Notes under the pieces: generated by a model
Database searches by the model: none
Seen by the model: the letters and a program-made list of their open reading frames with translations, nothing else
What the model was told of the DNA's origin: nothing
Position numbers and translations under genes: made by a program
Assembly: GCA_963828465.1 (NCBI GenBank)
Contig: CAWHEU010000021.1
Coordinates: 32,001 to 96,000 of the forward strand
DNA length: 64,000 nt
Direction of reading: 5' to 3'
Source of the DNA: an uncultured Acidobacteriota bacterium
Lineage (GTDB): Bacteria > Actinomycetota > Acidimicrobiia > Spongiisociales > ZC4RG35
Shown here: positions 62,448 through 64,000 of the stretch, one piece after another
Layout of the letters: the number at the start of each line of letters is the position of its first letter
Position numbering within the stretch: the stretch's first letter is position 1

Positions 62448-63872
62448 CTAACCGGCAAGCTCGCGCAGCGCCTGCTCCAGACGCGCCAGCGTCTTCTCCT
62501 GGCCCAGGGCAGCGAGAGACTCGAACAACGGTGGGCTCACCGACGTGCCCGTGACGGCCACGCGAATGGGCTGAAGACCCTTGGCCGCGCCGAGACCCAT
62601 CTCCTCCAGCATCCCCCGTAGAACCGCTTCGATGTCAGCGGCGGCCCAGTTGTCGACAGAGGCCAAACGCTCCTGGGCGGTCTTCAGGATCCCGGGCACC
62701 CCATCCTTGGCCATCACCTTGTCCCATGCCGCCTGGTCGTAATCCTCGAAGTCCTCGAACAGGAACACCACTTGCTCGCCTGCCTCGGGAAGGAATCGGG
62801 TGCGCTCCTGCACCAGATCGGACACCTCCTCGAACCGGGACCACTCCTCTTCATCGAGGCTGCGCCCGACTGCCGCCTCGACGTGGGGCCGGGCCATGAC
62901 CCGAAATTCTTCAGGGTCCGTCGCCCGGATGTACTCCCCGTTCATCCACGACAGCTTGTCGGGATCGAAAACGGCCGGATTGCGGGAGACATCGACCAGG
63001 TCGAACGCGGCGATCGCCTCGTCCCTCGTGAAGATGGTCCGGTCGCCGTCTATCGACCAGCCGAGGAGGGACAGGTAGTTGAAGACGGCATCAGGCAAAT
63101 ACCCCTCATCGCGATATGTGGACAGGGACTCGGCGCCGTGGCGCTTCGACAGCTTCTTGCCGTCGGTCCCGAACAGAAGCGGGAGATGGGCGTACCCGGG
63201 CTCGCCGGCTCCCAGGGCCCTGGTGATGAGGATGTGCTTCGGGGTCGAGGGAAGGAGGTCCTCGCCGCGGGCGACGTGGGTGATCTCGTAGTCGACATCG
63301 TCCACGGTCGATGCCAGGTGGTAGGTAGGAGTGCCGTCGCTCCGCAAGATCACGAAGTCGTCGATGTCACGCGCTTCGAAGCTGATCTCGCCCCGAACCA
63401 GGTCCTCGAAGACCACCGGTTGGTCCGGGGGGACCGAAAGCCTGACCGCACCCTCGGCGACGGCCTTCTCGGGACGTCTTATGTAGTGACCCGGGTGCAG
63501 GTGCTCCGCTTCTGCTCGGCGGCGAAGCGCCTCGAGCTCGTCAGGCGAGCGGTTGTCGTAGTAGGCCGCCCCCGACGCCACGAGGTCCGCGGCCGCCTGC
63601 TGGTAGCGCTCATAACGGCTGGACTGCCGGTAGTCGCCATGCGGCCCGCCCACTCCGACACCCTCGCCCCAGTCGAGCCCGAGCCATCGGAGTGAGTCGA
63701 GGATGTCCTCCTCGTACGCGGCGGTCGATCTCTCCCGATCGGTGTCATCGATCCTCAGGATGAACGTGCCTCCGTGATGGCGCGCATAGAGCCAGTTGAA
63801 CAGGGCCGCACGGGCCGTCCCGACATGGAGGTGCCCGGTGGGTGAGGGAGCGACCCTCACGCGGACCGTCAT
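62448..63872 (-). CDS. gltX: Glutamate-tRNA ligase
   Basis: [42 protein letters not shown]. Confidence 0.96.
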   Translation of the reverse strand: MTVRVRVAPSPTGHLHVGTARAALFNWLYARHHGGTFILRIDDTDRERSTAAYEEDILDSLRWLGLDWGEGVGVGGPHGDYRQSSRYERYQQAAADLVASGAAYYDNRSPDELEALRRRAEAEHLHPGHYIRRPEKAVAEGAVRLSVPPDQPVVFEDLVRGEISFEARDIDDFVILRSDGTPTYHLASTVDDVDYEITHVARGEDLLPSTPKHILITRALGAGEPGYAHLPLLFGTDGKKLSKRHGAESLSTYRDEGYLPDAVFNYLSLLGWSIDGDRTIFTRDEAIAAFDLVDVSRNPAVFDPDKLSWMNGEYIRATDPEEFRVMARPHVEAAVGRSLDEEEWSRFEEVSDLVQERTRFLPEAGEQVVFLFEDFEDYDQAAWDKVMAKDGVPGILKTAQERLASVDNWAAADIEAVLRGMLEEMGLGAAKGLQPIRVAVTGTSVSPPLFESLAALGQEKTLARLEQALRELAG

Positions 63873-64000
63873 CGCGCCGCCACGACTCGATTCTGGAGGA
63901 CCCCGATCCCGTCGACCTCGACCTCCATCAGGTCGCCAGGCTCAACCTTGCTCACCCCGGCAGGCGTGCCGGTGAGGATCACGTCACCGGGAAGAAGCGT
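63869..64000 (-). CDS. Fumarylacetoacetate hydrolase family protein, 3' end
   Basis: Manual translation [16 protein letters not shown]...GIGVLQNRV; ATGA overlap with gltX. Confidence 0.88.
   Translation of the reverse strand, partial: TLLPGDVILTGTPAGVSKVEPGDLMEVEVDGIGVLQNRVVAAR

Overview
High-GC actinobacterial (probably Acidimicrobiia-like) chromosomal region with about 60 mostly housekeeping genes. These include acnA, rlmN, sufB, ino1, arfB, menE/menB/menA, ppdK, murA, rpiB, gltX plus tRNA-Glu(TTC), a cobalamin-riboswitch-controlled btuFCD-cobO operon, an OmpR/kinase/HtrA locus and a decayed DUF222-HNH element. About 11 genes carry indel frameshifts that look like assembly errors. The strongest candidate for a new system is at 11.3-15.7 kb. 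There, an unannotated 25-aa ORF (MKAFLARNHRCVASLELVLAGTRIG) heads an operon of two membrane HD-GYP proteins, one near-intact and one degenerate. The operon converges on a DUF5317-type membrane protein with an LspA-like pair of aspartates and is divergent from a conserved LeuA-regulatory-like protein, which suggests a peptide-signal to c-di-GMP circuit. Other notable items are a sigma-70 with a degenerate -35 recognition helix, a leader terminator before an M23 peptidase, a REP-like repeat inside a CDS, twin operators on an HTH-ClpN pair and pervasive leaderless promoters. All family assignments come from motif recognition by eye; no database search was run.
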